64,000 bases of DNA from Escherichia coli. Its GTDB lineage: Bacteria > Pseudomonadota > Gammaproteobacteria > Enterobacterales > Enterobacteriaceae. Positions 18,956 to 31,411 of this stretch are shown piece after piece. The notes under the pieces were generated by a model. That model searched no databases and was not told the DNA's origin. It saw only the letters and a list, made by a program, of their open reading frames with translations. Positions within the stretch are counted from its first letter, which is position 1. The number at the start of each line of letters is the position of its first letter. The position numbers were made by a program, and so were the translations under genes. Where the stretch lies: the NCBI GenBank assembly GCA_025544715.1, contig GCA_025544715.1_4109.2, one strand, 5' to 3'.

Positions 18956-19379
18956 TTAATGGATTTAGTACCTCTTCTGGAATCAACTTTTGAACTTTAA
19001 GTATAGCTTTAATGTCATCAAATGTCAATCCACGTAGGTCGTTTAGGAGGCAGTACTGGAAGAATTTTTCTTCAGTATTTATATCGTCAATATTCATTTG
19101 GATTGATTCGTTATCATCATCATAATCATAATCTTCATTATCACAATAATAACTTCTGAATATAACTCGTTCAAAATACACATCAAATGAATAAAAATGA
19201 TTATCGATTTCATATCCAAGAAAAATATTAAAACATGTATTTAAATCTGTTGTTTCATTTAAATTTGTGTCAAAACAAAAAACTCGCACTTCACCAATAT
19301 CATCTATATATTCATCTTTGAGTGACCATGTGTTGTTTTTTAATACATAGTTCACAAGTTCAACGATGTTGTATTTCAT
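18948..19379 (-). CDS. EE-x-FFQ-x-S motif paralogue family protein
   Basis: C-terminal NTEEKFFQYCLLNDLRGLTFDDIKAIL. Confidence 0.55.
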   Translation of the reverse strand: MKYNIVELVNYVLKNNTWSLKDEYIDDIGEVRVFCFDTNLNETTDLNTCFNIFLGYEIDNHFYSFDVYFERVIFRSYYCDNEDYDYDDDNESIQMNIDDINTEEKFFQYCLLNDLRGLTFDDIKAILKVQKLIPEEVLNPLND

Positions 19380-19391
19380 AGTGTACCTTTA

Positions 19392-19441
<50 letters not shown>

Positions 19442-19498
19442 TAATTGAGAAGTAAGATAACCAACAAGTCTCCATACTCTTTCGCATTGAGGGGAGGC

Positions 19499-19631
<133 letters not shown>

Positions 19632-19691
19632 ATTGGCCTCTTTATGTTAAAAACCCCAGTTTTCTTCTTGAACCATATTACACCTCATTCA

Positions 19692-19772
<81 letters not shown>

Positions 19773-19791
19773 GCATACTCGAAGTACCTCT

Positions 19792-19940
<149 letters not shown>

Positions 19941-19941
19941 G

Positions 19942-20415
<474 letters not shown>

Positions 20416-20427
20416 TTAAATACTCTC

Positions 20428-21107
<680 letters not shown>

Positions 21108-21113
21108 AACTTA

Positions 21114-21653
21114 TTAACGTTCATCATCATGAATCTCACGATGACAATTAGCACAAACCATAATACATTTATCTAGTTCTATTTTGATTTTTTCAAAAGA
21201 ACGAGTTGAACCTTCTTGACTAATTGAAAAATCTTTCTGTGAAGGGTCAATATGGTGAAATTCTAATGCCGCAATGCATTTATTATAACCACACTTTTCG
21301 CAGCAACCACCTTTGTATTCAACAGCTAATATTTTTAATTTTCTACGTCTATCCGAAACACGTTGACTGTCACATTTTGAGCATTTCCATTTACCTTGTG
21401 AATTTAAATCATAATTCTTATTGTGTATTTCACAAAATCTCATTTCATTCGTTGACTTTGGTCGTTTAACACCATGTGATTCAATAATGTTATTGATTCT
21501 TGATCTATTACACTTATATTCTTTGGCTAAACCGTAAATTGGCATACCATTTAAATACTTCTGAATTATTTCATTCTCTGGTAATTTAGAACTTTTCGCC
21601 TTTATTGCTTCGGCTATTTTGTTGCGTGTTTCTTCTGATTGTTTTCGTCCCAT
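21114..21653 (-). CDS. HNH homing endonuclease (179 aa)
   Basis: N-terminal GRKQSEETRNKIAEA (NUMOD-like) and C-terminal LEFHHIDPSQKD...CANCHREIH; adjacent to tRNA cluster. Confidence 0.6.
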   Translation of the reverse strand: MGRKQSEETRNKIAEAIKAKSSKLPENEIIQKYLNGMPIYGLAKEYKCNRSRINNIIESHGVKRPKSTNEMRFCEIHNKNYDLNSQGKWKCSKCDSQRVSDRRRKLKILAVEYKGGCCEKCGYNKCIAALEFHHIDPSQKDFSISQEGSTRSFEKIKIELDKCIMVCANCHREIHDDER

Positions 21654-21718
21654 GAACCTTAGACCTCATAATATCCATTATGATATTATTTATTGTTCCA
21701 AGGTTCATAGTTAATTTG

Positions 21719-21802
21719 CTGGTAGTACTGGAGTCGAACCAGTCTTGTCATTTCTGACACGGATTAACAGTCCGTTGCATAAGGCCGATATGCTAACTAC
21801 CA
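21719..21802 (-). tRNA. tRNA, anticodon GUU as read (Asn), but with a long class-II variable arm; identity uncertain
   Basis: hand fold: 7-bp acceptor, D-arm GCAT/ATGC, anticodon stem ACGGA/TCCGT with loop CTGTTAA, 15-nt variable arm, T-arm ACTGG-TTCGACT-CCAGT. Confidence 0.5.
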
Positions 21803-21814
21803 TTTGTTTTAAAT

Positions 21815-21894
<80 letters not shown>

Positions 21895-21897
21895 GTA

Positions 21898-22391
<494 letters not shown>

Positions 22392-22753
22392 ATCACCAAC
22401 TTTAATTAAAAAAATGGATGGTGACGCGTTTAAACGCCGCTGTTAATTCAGCTTTATAACCACCCGTTTTAACTTACCTTTCGGCTACCTTGACGTGGGG
22501 CGTACAGGCTACTAAAAGCAACTTCTGTAAACATATTTCCACGCCTTACCATTTTAAATAAAAGTCCATCCGGTTTTCCAGTTTGGTGAAGGACTGTCAC
22601 CTCTAGTTTCAACCTGCTAGTCAAGTAATAATTGCCTATCGTCCAATTATCAAACCCGTCTAGGTTAACATTCACCACTTCCTAGAGTACCAGAGATCTT
22701 GTTCTGGATAGCATCGACGTAACTTACACCATATACGTCTGATTGTGGAATTC
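22392..22753 (-). ncRNA. candidate promoter-driven structured RNA or long leader (~360 nt)
   Basis: ORF-free, visibly GC-richer stretch immediately downstream of a consensus promoter. Confidence 0.25.
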
Positions 22754-22778
22754 ATTATATCAGTACTGAACTATTTAG

Positions 22779-22782
<4 letters not shown>
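22754..22782 (-). promoter_or_regulatory. sigma70-consensus promoter (TTGACT-17-TATAAT), cassette copy 2
   Basis: near-identical to the cassette at 21995-22023. Confidence 0.55.
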
Positions 22783-23191
<409 letters not shown>

Positions 23192-23204
23192 GCTTTTTTT
23201 TTAA

Positions 23205-23365
<161 letters not shown>

Positions 23366-23369
<4 letters not shown>

Positions 23370-23526
23370 ATTCGTACCAGTAGTTCAATTAAGTACATTT
23401 CATATGCTGGATCGTTGATAAGTTTATCATACAGATGTGGCTCTGAAATGAATTCCCAATGATACTCTAACCACTTACCAAAACCTGCATATCTAAAATT
23501 AATGTCATTCATCCATTCTTCATGTG

Positions 23527-23530
<4 letters not shown>
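23366..23530 (-). CDS. MTHEEW small-protein family member (54 aa)
   Basis: hand translation MTHEEWMNDINFRYAGFGKWLEYHWEFISEPHLYDKLINDPAYEMYLIELLVRI. Confidence 0.45.
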
Positions 23531-23790
<260 letters not shown>

Positions 23791-23794
23791 TATT

Positions 23795-23910
<116 letters not shown>

Positions 23911-23927
23911 ATGTGATGTCCCATTAT

Positions 23928-24146
23928 TTATGCAAGTGCTTTAGATACACCGACACCAATAATTCCAGTGATAGCGATATGGATATTGACAAGTTGATTA
24001 CTATCATATGGGTTTGTTTCTGTAATAACCAATGTTGTATCATTGACTAAAACCACAGTGCCTTTTACACGATACCCATGTAGTAGTACTTGAACCTCAT
24101 CTTCAGGTTTTAATGATTGAATAACTTCAAATAAAGTTGTTTCCAT
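23928..24146 (-). CDS. hypothetical protein (72 aa)
   Basis: ORF track. Confidence 0.35.
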   Translation of the reverse strand: METTLFEVIQSLKPEDEVQVLLHGYRVKGTVVLVNDTTLVITETNPYDSNQLVNIHIAITGIIGVGVSKALA

Positions 24147-24162
24147 TTTTTATATTCCTTGT

Positions 24163-24345
24163 TTAGTTTTGATTATTTGATTTTCTAAATGCCAGTTCGC
24201 ATATAAACCAAGGTTTTCTGGTATCCAAAACATATGACCTGAAAAGATTTTCATCTCTTAAGATATCATAATGTACCTGACGAATGCCATTTCCAAAGCA
24301 ATCATGTTCTTTATGCTGTTTGGACATCCATTCTTCGTGTGTCAT
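24163..24345 (-). CDS. MTHEEW small-protein family member (60 aa)
   Basis: track ORF 24163-24363 trimmed to the internal MTHEEWMSKQHKEHDCFGNGIR start. Confidence 0.4.
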   Translation of the reverse strand: MTHEEWMSKQHKEHDCFGNGIRQVHYDILRDENLFRSYVLDTRKPWFICELAFRKSNNQN

Positions 24346-24346
24346 T

Positions 24347-24682
<336 letters not shown>

Positions 24683-24687
24683 TCTTA

Positions 24688-24864
24688 CTATTTTTTGTCT
24701 CTAATTGCAAGCTCATAGATGAACCAGTGGTTGCTATCCCCATCCAATACAAATGATTTGAAAAGTTGTTTATCTTTTAACACATCATAATGACCTTGGC
24801 GTATACCAAAACCAAAAGGATTATGTTTGAATTTTAGTTCATCTAACCATTCTTCATGTGTCAT
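24688..24864 (-). CDS. MTHEEW small-protein family member (58 aa)
   Basis: hand translation MTHEEWLDELKFKHNPFGFGIRQGHYDVLKDKQLFKSFVLDGDSNHWFIYELAIRDKK. Confidence 0.4.
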   Translation of the reverse strand: MTHEEWLDELKFKHNPFGFGIRQGHYDVLKDKQLFKSFVLDGDSNHWFIYELAIRDKK

Positions 24865-25035
24865 CTCTTAATATCCATAACGGCTATACTAAAATATGTA
24901 CTAAAATCATCACAGTGAATGATATTGTTATAGTACGATTCGGGATCATTTAACAATAAAAACAACTCCAACTTAAAAAAGTATACATCACCTGCATTTA
25001 TATTGTAATGCATTTGATACCACTCGTCAAATGTT

Positions 25036-25440
25036 TTAGGCTGCACTGTATTTACCTTTATAAAAATCCATAATTTTAGATAACAGTACTGCAATAGTAT
25101 AATCTAAATCTGGATAAAGTAAATTGTACTGAAATTCTTCCTCTACACTGTAGTTAGTGGTGCAGTACTGGTAGTCTTTATAACCTATTGAAAAATAATT
25201 CGGATACAATGTACAACGAAAACGATATGCTTCATCTGTCATATAATCATTGTATTCAACACAGAAGTATAGTGATTTGGCATTTAATTCAATAAGCTCA
25301 ACGAAACCATCTGGTAATGAATGGTTATAAATGACTGAATCTTCATTAAACCATTCATAGTATTTTTCCAAAAAATCACTAATGGACACATCCAGACTTT
25401 GTATAGGTGGAGTTATGATAATTTGAACTTCGTTATTCAT
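25036..25440 (-). CDS. EE-x-FFQ-x-S motif paralogue family protein (divergent)
   Basis: C-terminal SVEEEFQYNLLYPDLDY. Confidence 0.5.
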   Translation of the reverse strand: MNNEVQIIITPPIQSLDVSISDFLEKYYEWFNEDSVIYNHSLPDGFVELIELNAKSLYFCVEYNDYMTDEAYRFRCTLYPNYFSIGYKDYQYCTTNYSVEEEFQYNLLYPDLDYTIAVLLSKIMDFYKGKYSAA

Positions 25441-25985
25441 TTCGACCCCTTACTATATTTCACGTATGGGCTATCATACAGATCATAACTTTTTTGTGCA
25501 CGTTCTTTTCGGCGTTCATACATGATTCTATCATACTCTTTAGCTTTCTGATTTGCTTCATTATACAATTTTAAAATTAGCAAAAATGCATCAAGATCGG
25601 GATAGTTTGCTGGATTGATAGTACTCAGCATAAATCGTTCTTCTTCAGTTCTAGCTAAGTCAAATTCATACTTAATAGTTTTATACCCACTCCATTTATA
25701 TATATGCGTTACTTTATTAGTAAGTACATTATATTCAACGAAGTCAGTACTACCATCAAGTACACGAGTAATCTTAATAGATGTACCAATGACAATCTGT
25801 ACAGAACTCATTTCTGAAGTTTTAAAGTAATAAATGTTATTACGGCGAAGATTAACTTCTCGATCTCCAATGCGAACATGCTTAATAACTTCCATTAATG
25901 GTTCTGGTACACCACGAATTGGCATGTTAATGCTCCTTTTTAATTCTATACATTTTAACAGCACTGGTTTCCCAAAAGTCACCAT
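25437..25985 (-). CDS. EE-x-FFQ-x-S motif paralogue family protein (182 aa)
   Basis: ARTEEERFMLSTINPANYPDLDAFLLIL with longer basic tail. Confidence 0.5.
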   Translation of the reverse strand: MVTFGKPVLLKCIELKRSINMPIRGVPEPLMEVIKHVRIGDREVNLRRNNIYYFKTSEMSSVQIVIGTSIKITRVLDGSTDFVEYNVLTNKVTHIYKWSGYKTIKYEFDLARTEEERFMLSTINPANYPDLDAFLLILKLYNEANQKAKEYDRIMYERRKERAQKSYDLYDSPYVKYSKGSK

Positions 25986-26163
25986 CTAAGTTGCTGAATT
26001 TATATATAGTTTCGAGATTTTCACCATCAAACGAAAACAACACAACATCTTCTTGTACAGTGCCGTTATGTAACATGATATCATAAACTTCATTTCTTAC
26101 AAATAATTCTTTGGCCTTAGAAATATCAAAATCAATAAATTTCATATATCCTCCTATTATCAT
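25927..26163 (-). CDS. hypothetical protein (78 aa)
   Basis: ORF track; overlaps upstream gene end. Confidence 0.3.
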   Translation of the reverse strand: MIIGGYMKFIDFDISKAKELFVRNEVYDIMLHNGTVQEDVVLFSFDGENLETIYKFSNLDGDFWETSAVKMYRIKKEH

Positions 26164-26193
26164 TATTTGTATTATATCAGAGTTTCATTGCAC

Positions 26194-26586
26194 TTACCAG
26201 CATGTTTTCATAACTTCTGTGATGTAAATCATTTTATCTTTTAGTGTGTAAGGGATGCAAATTTCACTAGGGCTTAACGTTGTGTTCTTTTGAAACTCAT
26301 CTTCTTCGGAATCAGCCAGGTAAAATGGGTGCGTCACAAAGTTATCATCAACAGGACGATTATGTGGTTTCATTAATGCATCATGATTTACAAAATAATA
26401 TGCATCAATATCAGGACGGAAATATAAACAATCAACCTTTAAGCACGGGTGTAACCATAAGGACAAAGAATATGTTATTTGGTTACCAATTTGTCTTGGG
26501 CCTGATGCAATTGTATTGATGTTATTTTTATCTTGTACCATTTCATAAATGAAATCTATCATTTCGTGTAGTTCTGATTCAGTCAT
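26194..26586 (-). CDS. EE-x-FFQ-x-S motif paralogue family protein
   Basis: C-terminal ADSEEDEFQKNTTLSPSEI. Confidence 0.5.
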   Translation of the reverse strand: MTESELHEMIDFIYEMVQDKNNINTIASGPRQIGNQITYSLSLWLHPCLKVDCLYFRPDIDAYYFVNHDALMKPHNRPVDDNFVTHPFYLADSEEDEFQKNTTLSPSEICIPYTLKDKMIYITEVMKTCW

Positions 26587-26594
26587 TTTATTTC

Positions 26595-26628
26595 CTTAAA
26601 AAAATACCCAGTACTTGACTGGGTATTT
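26595..26628 (-). terminator. intrinsic terminator
   Basis: 10-bp stem AAATACCCAG / CTGGGTATTT followed by U7 on minus strand. Confidence 0.55.
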
Positions 26629-26640
26629 ACAAAGTAACGT

Positions 26641-26790
26641 TTAATCAGATTTCTTTTCGTAATCTGTAAAAACAGTCAGGATTGTTGCACATAGTGAATC
26701 AACTACTGATGCACGTGTGTTATCAAGGTCTTTAGCTAGTGCTTGAATCTCTTGAAGTTTTACTACTAAGTCGATTTTTTGATTACTCAT
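26641..26790 (-). CDS. possible small ORF (49 aa)
   Basis: hand translation MSNQKIDLVVKLQEIQALAKDLDNTRASVVDS...; below track cutoff. Confidence 0.3.
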   Translation of the reverse strand: MSNQKIDLVVKLQEIQALAKDLDNTRASVVDSLCATILTVFTDYEKKSD

Positions 26791-26812
26791 TACTTCTCCT
26801 ATTGGATGTTTT

Positions 26813-27103
26813 TTAGATATTAATTTTTATACCACTAAGGTCTAGAACTTTTTTATTAGATACTGTTTCTGATTCTAATTTAGTTTCTTTTACCTCAGTG
26901 TTAATATTTACGTCATCTTTGAGAATATCAGGGATAATACCATGTTGAATATCATCGTACATAGAAACAACGGTTTCGGCACAAGATAACATTTCACGAA
27001 CTTTGTACTGATAACCCTGTGGTAACTCATTGATGATTTCCATAATATCTAGTAATTTAGTTTGGACATCAATAAGAATTTTTCTTGATTTTTCTGGTTC
27101 CAT
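26813..27103 (-). CDS. hypothetical protein (96 aa)
   Basis: ORF track. Confidence 0.4.
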   Translation of the reverse strand: MEPEKSRKILIDVQTKLLDIMEIINELPQGYQYKVREMLSCAETVVSMYDDIQHGIIPDILKDDVNINTEVKETKLESETVSNKKVLDLSGIKINI

Positions 27104-27609
27104 TACTCCAACTCCACAACATTACTTTTTTTGGATTTAATCACTGATGGTGGCTCATTAACGCTTGTTTGACCACGAAGTGATTTTTCCAACGCAATGA
27201 TGCGTTTTAAAGTTTTTATTGATGGTCGCTTCTTCGTCAACTCAGCTTTTGCTTCTGAATAATATTTTCTTACATATCCATAGGCATAATATTTTGAACC
27301 AATGAAAATTTCAGCAACTACTGGATTTGAGTATTGTGTATCAATCCCATTCTGTTCTGTCTCTACAGTGTAAAATGAAATATTTGTATCACATGCTGAA
27401 ATTTTAGCCACCAAAAGATTTGCATCGAACTTATCTAAAATTAGAGAAATTGTTTTTTCGGCATCAGCACTATATGGCATAGCAGACATTAAAAGTTGGA
27501 ATGTCTTAAAGTACTTACTTCCACTAATCATGGTATTGAAAATCAATCCAATGGTGATTAATGCAAGTGTACCAATACACACAAACAAAAACCAATATTC
27601 AACACTCAT
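27103..27609 (-). CDS. hypothetical protein with N-terminal TM helix (168 aa)
   Basis: ORF track; hydrophobic N-terminus. Confidence 0.45.
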   Translation of the reverse strand: MSVEYWFLFVCIGTLALITIGLIFNTMISGSKYFKTFQLLMSAMPYSADAEKTISLILDKFDANLLVAKISACDTNISFYTVETEQNGIDTQYSNPVVAEIFIGSKYYAYGYVRKYYSEAKAELTKKRPSIKTLKRIIALEKSLRGQTSVNEPPSVIKSKKSNVVELE

Positions 27610-27674
27610 TTATAAATCCTCTTACTTTATATGATTAAAATGCCCCATCAAAAATGATGAGGCGGTAAGATAAA

Positions 27675-27884
27675 TTACTTACGATTTGCTTTACGCAGTT
27701 CAGATAGTTCTTCTTGAAGACTTTTCTTCCATGCAATCAAGTGAGCAAAACGGATTGGCCTTGCACCAGTACCGTGGAATACTGCTAGAGCTTCTTCTGC
27801 TTGATGAATCTGGAATTGAATGTAGTTCACAGTGCGGTCGAAGTCGGTGATATCTAGTACTTGTGCGTTAGTTTCTTTAGCCAT
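27675..27884 (-). CDS. hypothetical protein (69 aa)
   Basis: ORF track. Confidence 0.35.
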   Translation of the reverse strand: MAKETNAQVLDITDFDRTVNYIQFQIHQAEEALAVFHGTGARPIRFAHLIAWKKSLQEELSELRKANRK

Positions 27885-27999
27885 TTTAATACCCTTTTAT
27901 TTCTTTTTTATGAAAAACCCTCATCATTGAGGAATGGTTTGCATTTTAATATCTGCCGATAACAAACATTATATCACAATATCTGTTCTTGTCCAATTT

Positions 28000-28359
28000 T
28001 TAATTATTAGAAAGAACAATTTTTGAAACTGGTAAATCTGTATTATTTACACGTTGTTCATTATATCCATTCTGTACAAGAATGTCAATAACTTTAGACT
28101 TATCAATTGTAAATGATTCTAACATATCATATCGGTAATAACCAATAGTCTGACTGAACTCATATTTTCCTGGCTGTTGACGACAACACGTATTTGTTTC
28201 AGCCATAATCTTATTGATTAGGTAATATGTTTCAGTACTATCAATATTTGGAATATAGATCTTATCATCAAAATGAATTACTTCATGTTTATTCATAGAG
28301 TGATTCAATCTCCGCTTTAAGAATGGAAATGATCTCTTTCTGAAGGCCAGTAATTTCAC
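28000..28359 (-). CDS. hypothetical protein (119 aa)
   Basis: ORF track. Confidence 0.4.
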   Translation of the reverse strand: MKLLAFRKRSFPFLKRRLNHSMNKHEVIHFDDKIYIPNIDSTETYYLINKIMAETNTCCRQQPGKYEFSQTIGYYRYDMLESFTIDKSKVIDILVQNGYNEQRVNNTDLPVSKIVLSNN

Positions 28360-28558
28360 TGTTCAAAGATGATAGTCGCTTCGATAATGCCATGAATTGC
28401 TTTGCATCTTCTTTAGAACGGTCATTTCGTACTTTATCAGAACTCCAGTTAGCATATGATTGCTCATCTTTCCTGTTAAGGATATCCCAGTCTAAACGTA
28501 CTAGTTTACGTTCTTTCTTCAGTTCGCTTAAGCGAGATTTCATTTCTTCTTTAGTCAT
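28289..28558 (-). CDS. hypothetical protein (89 aa)
   Basis: ORF track; start may be a downstream Met. Confidence 0.4.
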   Translation of the reverse strand: MTKEEMKSRLSELKKERKLVRLDWDILNRKDEQSYANWSSDKVRNDRSKEDAKQFMALSKRLSSLNSEITGLQKEIISILKAEIESLYE

Positions 28559-28848
28559 TAGATTGTTCCTTTCATGAAGTCTGGAATAACGATTACGATA
28601 GGAGGATTATACTCTACATAACCATTTTTTGTCAATAGACTTTTAATATCTGAAATCACATTATCATGCTGTTCAATATCTTTATCACAAAAGATTTCCA
28701 ATTCTTTCTGAAACGGTTTTTTAACCGAGATGTTTTGAGTCAGTGTTTGGATTCTCTGTAACATATCAATTGGATCTGGACTGAACTCATTACCAACATA
28801 AAGAGTACCAGATGCATCTTTTTCTAGCAAGACTTCTAAAATTTTCAT
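28558..28848 (-). CDS. hypothetical protein (96 aa)
   Basis: ORF track. Confidence 0.4.
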   Translation of the reverse strand: MKILEVLLEKDASGTLYVGNEFSPDPIDMLQRIQTLTQNISVKKPFQKELEIFCDKDIEQHDNVISDIKSLLTKNGYVEYNPPIVIVIPDFMKGTI

Positions 28849-29681
28849 TTCTTATCCTTCAATTTACTAAAGTTTTCTCGTGTAAATCCAGGAACTGGAA
28901 AATATACATCACAGTCAACATCAGGATTAATAATTACCATGTCATTACATATTATATCACGAATTTTACTACCGTCCACGATTTTTTGCATTAAATCATT
29001 CCATTTTTTACGAGAAATGACGAATGTACTAATTATACATAAATCATGTCCACGTTTTGAAATATATCCTAATACTTCATTATCGTAAACAACACGTATA
29101 GTAACTTTTCCAATTGTTACCCCTCTTACTGGATTAATACTAGTATCTTCAAAAATTAATTCTAATTTAAGTTTACCATTTGAAATAAGTGATGAAGTAT
29201 ATTTAGAAACCATTTTATCAATTTCTTGAGTCAAATCATCTCTACCTAGATATTCAAATACCGAATAAGTTAATTCGTCTGCACATAACTGTTGGATAGT
29301 TGGAAGCTGGGCAACCATATCTAAAGATACAGGTTCGATATATATTCTTTCAATATCAGACGATTGTACAAATAGACAACCATCAGGTGTCGTATCTCTA
29401 ACAATTTCGGCATAATATGTATAAAGATAAAAAACATTAGACTCTGATGAGTCAGTTTCTACCCAAATCTCAGATTGTTTCATTTCATCTTTATGAAGAA
29501 TTCGTTGAGTAAATCCTATGTAAAAACCAAGATATAAATCATCATCAGTTTCAAACGGATTAAACATCAAATACGGATATTTGTCAAGGTACTCATTGAA
29601 CTTACGCTGCACATCTCTATCACAATCCATGATATACTTTCGGAATTCAGAAATGATTATTTTTTCTAATGACATAATCAA
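28845..29681 (-). CDS. hypothetical protein (278 aa)
   Basis: ORF track. Confidence 0.5.
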   Translation of the reverse strand: MIMSLEKIIISEFRKYIMDCDRDVQRKFNEYLDKYPYLMFNPFETDDDLYLGFYIGFTQRILHKDEMKQSEIWVETDSSESNVFYLYTYYAEIVRDTTPDGCLFVQSSDIERIYIEPVSLDMVAQLPTIQQLCADELTYSVFEYLGRDDLTQEIDKMVSKYTSSLISNGKLKLELIFEDTSINPVRGVTIGKVTIRVVYDNEVLGYISKRGHDLCIISTFVISRKKWNDLMQKIVDGSKIRDIICNDMVIINPDVDCDVYFPVPGFTRENFSKLKDKK

Positions 29682-29875
29682 TCCTCAAGATGCATGTAGT
29701 ACATAAACATCGCCAACCATATAAAAAAGCCGAAACAACGAAGTAAAATATCAATTGTTGGATCTGTCCCACCATTAACTTGGTAAACAATTACTGGGAT
29801 TAAAGCAATAGTAAGAGACACAGCACATAAGATGAATGCAACAAACACCTCAAATATAAACTTAATTGTTTCCAT
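29678..29875 (-). CDS. hypothetical small membrane protein (65 aa)
   Basis: two hydrophobic segments. Confidence 0.35.
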   Translation of the reverse strand: METIKFIFEVFVAFILCAVSLTIALIPVIVYQVNGGTDPTIDILLRCFGFFIWLAMFMYYMHLED

Positions 29876-30434
29876 TATTATCCTTCAGTGTGTAGTGTAG
29901 TACATCTAAAAAGTTATACATTGATTCATTACGCATAACCTTGATTGTTAAATTACGACAACCCAACATACGTTTGAGGCGACGCTTCACCGCAGTTAAA
30001 TCATGTGTACTATTCGTATACAGACCATTAACCTGACCTGGAACAGTTGGCACATGAAGAATGTAATCATAATTCATTAGTAAGCGTTGATTATATTTCT
30101 TTAATGCTTGCTTGTATTCTGAAATATTTTCAAAGAATGTACAATAACGGTCGTAACGATTCATTTTATTCAAAATTGAAATACGAAAAGCGTTACCACT
30201 ATTCCAATCATCTTCAGTTGGGTTTGGGTTGATATGTGCCATGTTAGCTGTACTGTACCCACCACTTGTGAAAACTTCAGAATATCCATTCTCAAAAACA
30301 TACAATGTTGCTTTGTGGCCTCGGAATTCTTTACGGTACTTTGACAGTACTTGAATGTGATTACGCTTGGACTTGTACATCTCGTAACCTTCATAATCTG
30401 AACTGAATTCACAAATTTTATCAACACCAGCCAT
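29862..30434 (-). CDS. hypothetical protein (190 aa)
   Basis: ORF track. Confidence 0.5.
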   Translation of the reverse strand: MAGVDKICEFSSDYEGYEMYKSKRNHIQVLSKYRKEFRGHKATLYVFENGYSEVFTSGGYSTANMAHINPNPTEDDWNSGNAFRISILNKMNRYDRYCTFFENISEYKQALKKYNQRLLMNYDYILHVPTVPGQVNGLYTNSTHDLTAVKRRLKRMLGCRNLTIKVMRNESMYNFLDVLHYTLKDNNGNN

Positions 30435-30491
30435 TTCGTATATCCTCGTTTAATTAATATAGGAGTATTATATATACTCCATTTTCATTTG

Positions 30492-30635
30492 TCAAGCTTT
30501 ATAATACGGAAGACTTTTTACTAAAGATTCAGACGTATTATTTTTTACCCATGTACTACCGTTGTCATTAGATACGTATCCAGTACCATTAATAAATTTA
30601 CGCATAATACCAGTAAAAATGTTAGTGTATACCAT
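30492..30635 (-). CDS. possible small ORF (47 aa)
   Basis: hand translation MVYTNIFTGIMRKF...; start overlaps upstream stop. Confidence 0.25.
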   Translation of the reverse strand: MVYTNIFTGIMRKFINGTGYVSNDNGSTWVKNNTSESLVKSLPYYKA

Positions 30636-30805
30636 TATTCAGAATCCTTCGGTTTAGAATGCAAACCATACTTTTCATCATAACGATCATAGGTAGTGCC
30701 ATTAGTACTGGCTTTGATGCTTTCGGTTCGATTGATTTTTTCAATCTTAACACCACGATAACCAATCTCTTCTTTAAATTGTTCCCATGATTCACGTAGA
30801 CTCAT
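30635..30805 (-). CDS. possible small ORF (~56 aa)
   Basis: hand translation MSLRESWEQFKEEIGYRGVKIEK...; GGGGA-type RBS upstream. Confidence 0.3.
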   Translation of the reverse strand: MSLRESWEQFKEEIGYRGVKIEKINRTESIKASTNGTTYDRYDEKYGLHSKPKDSE

Positions 30806-30822
30806 TTTTAGTCCCCTTTTGT

Positions 30823-30966
30823 TATTTCATACACTCACGTAGGTCAATCTTTTCTACTGACCCACCGAGTACTAGATAGTAAAAATTGGAATCTTTGTTA
30901 GCCATATTCAAAAGATCTGCTTTCTGTTGAAGCGTAAAGCGTGAAGTACTGTTACGTACTGGCATA
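30823..30966 (-). CDS. possible small ORF (47 aa)
   Basis: hand translation MPVRNSTSRFTLQQKADLLNMANK... Confidence 0.25.
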
Positions 30967-30967
30967 G

Positions 30968-31411
30968 TTACTCCTTAAAGTAGATATCACGAATTTGCTT
31001 AATCATCTCTAACTCTTGAAGTCCTATCATACCAAAGTTTTCTTGTACTGTCAACTGTTGGAAGTACATTTCCTCTAAATTATTATAAGGAATATCCACT
31101 AATGATAAAGGAACACTTTCACCACGGTATAGCAGATCTTCAACGAAAAGTTTTAAAATCATGATAGAAAATGAATCTTTTTGGATATGAAATTTGTAAA
31201 ATGTTTGGTTAGTACTGAACATTGTATTTGATGGATTGAAACCCATTTCAACAAATACTGTATCTTTATCATTATGTTTGAAATATGTACATCTTGAATT
31301 CGCAAGAACTTTAGATTTTGGGAAATAAAAATCACCCATCAACTTCTGTCGTTTCCAATCCTCGTATACAACTGGATGCTTAACCTTCTTCAATTGGTGC
31401 AGTACTGTCAT
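30968..31411 (-). CDS. EE-x-FFQ-x-S motif paralogue family protein
   Basis: C-terminal NNLEEMYFQQLTVQENFGMIGLQELEMI. Confidence 0.55.
   Translation of the reverse strand: MTVLHQLKKVKHPVVYEDWKRQKLMGDFYFPKSKVLANSRCTYFKHNDKDTVFVEMGFNPSNTMFSTNQTFYKFHIQKDSFSIMILKLFVEDLLYRGESVPLSLVDIPYNNLEEMYFQQLTVQENFGMIGLQELEMIKQIRDIYFKE

Noticed and set aside
22469-22678. 69-aa minus-strand ORF inside the GC-richer intergenic segment
   Set aside because: The start is GTG rather than ATG, there is no RBS, and the region has few stop codons by composition; more likely a chance frame within a structured RNA or leader.
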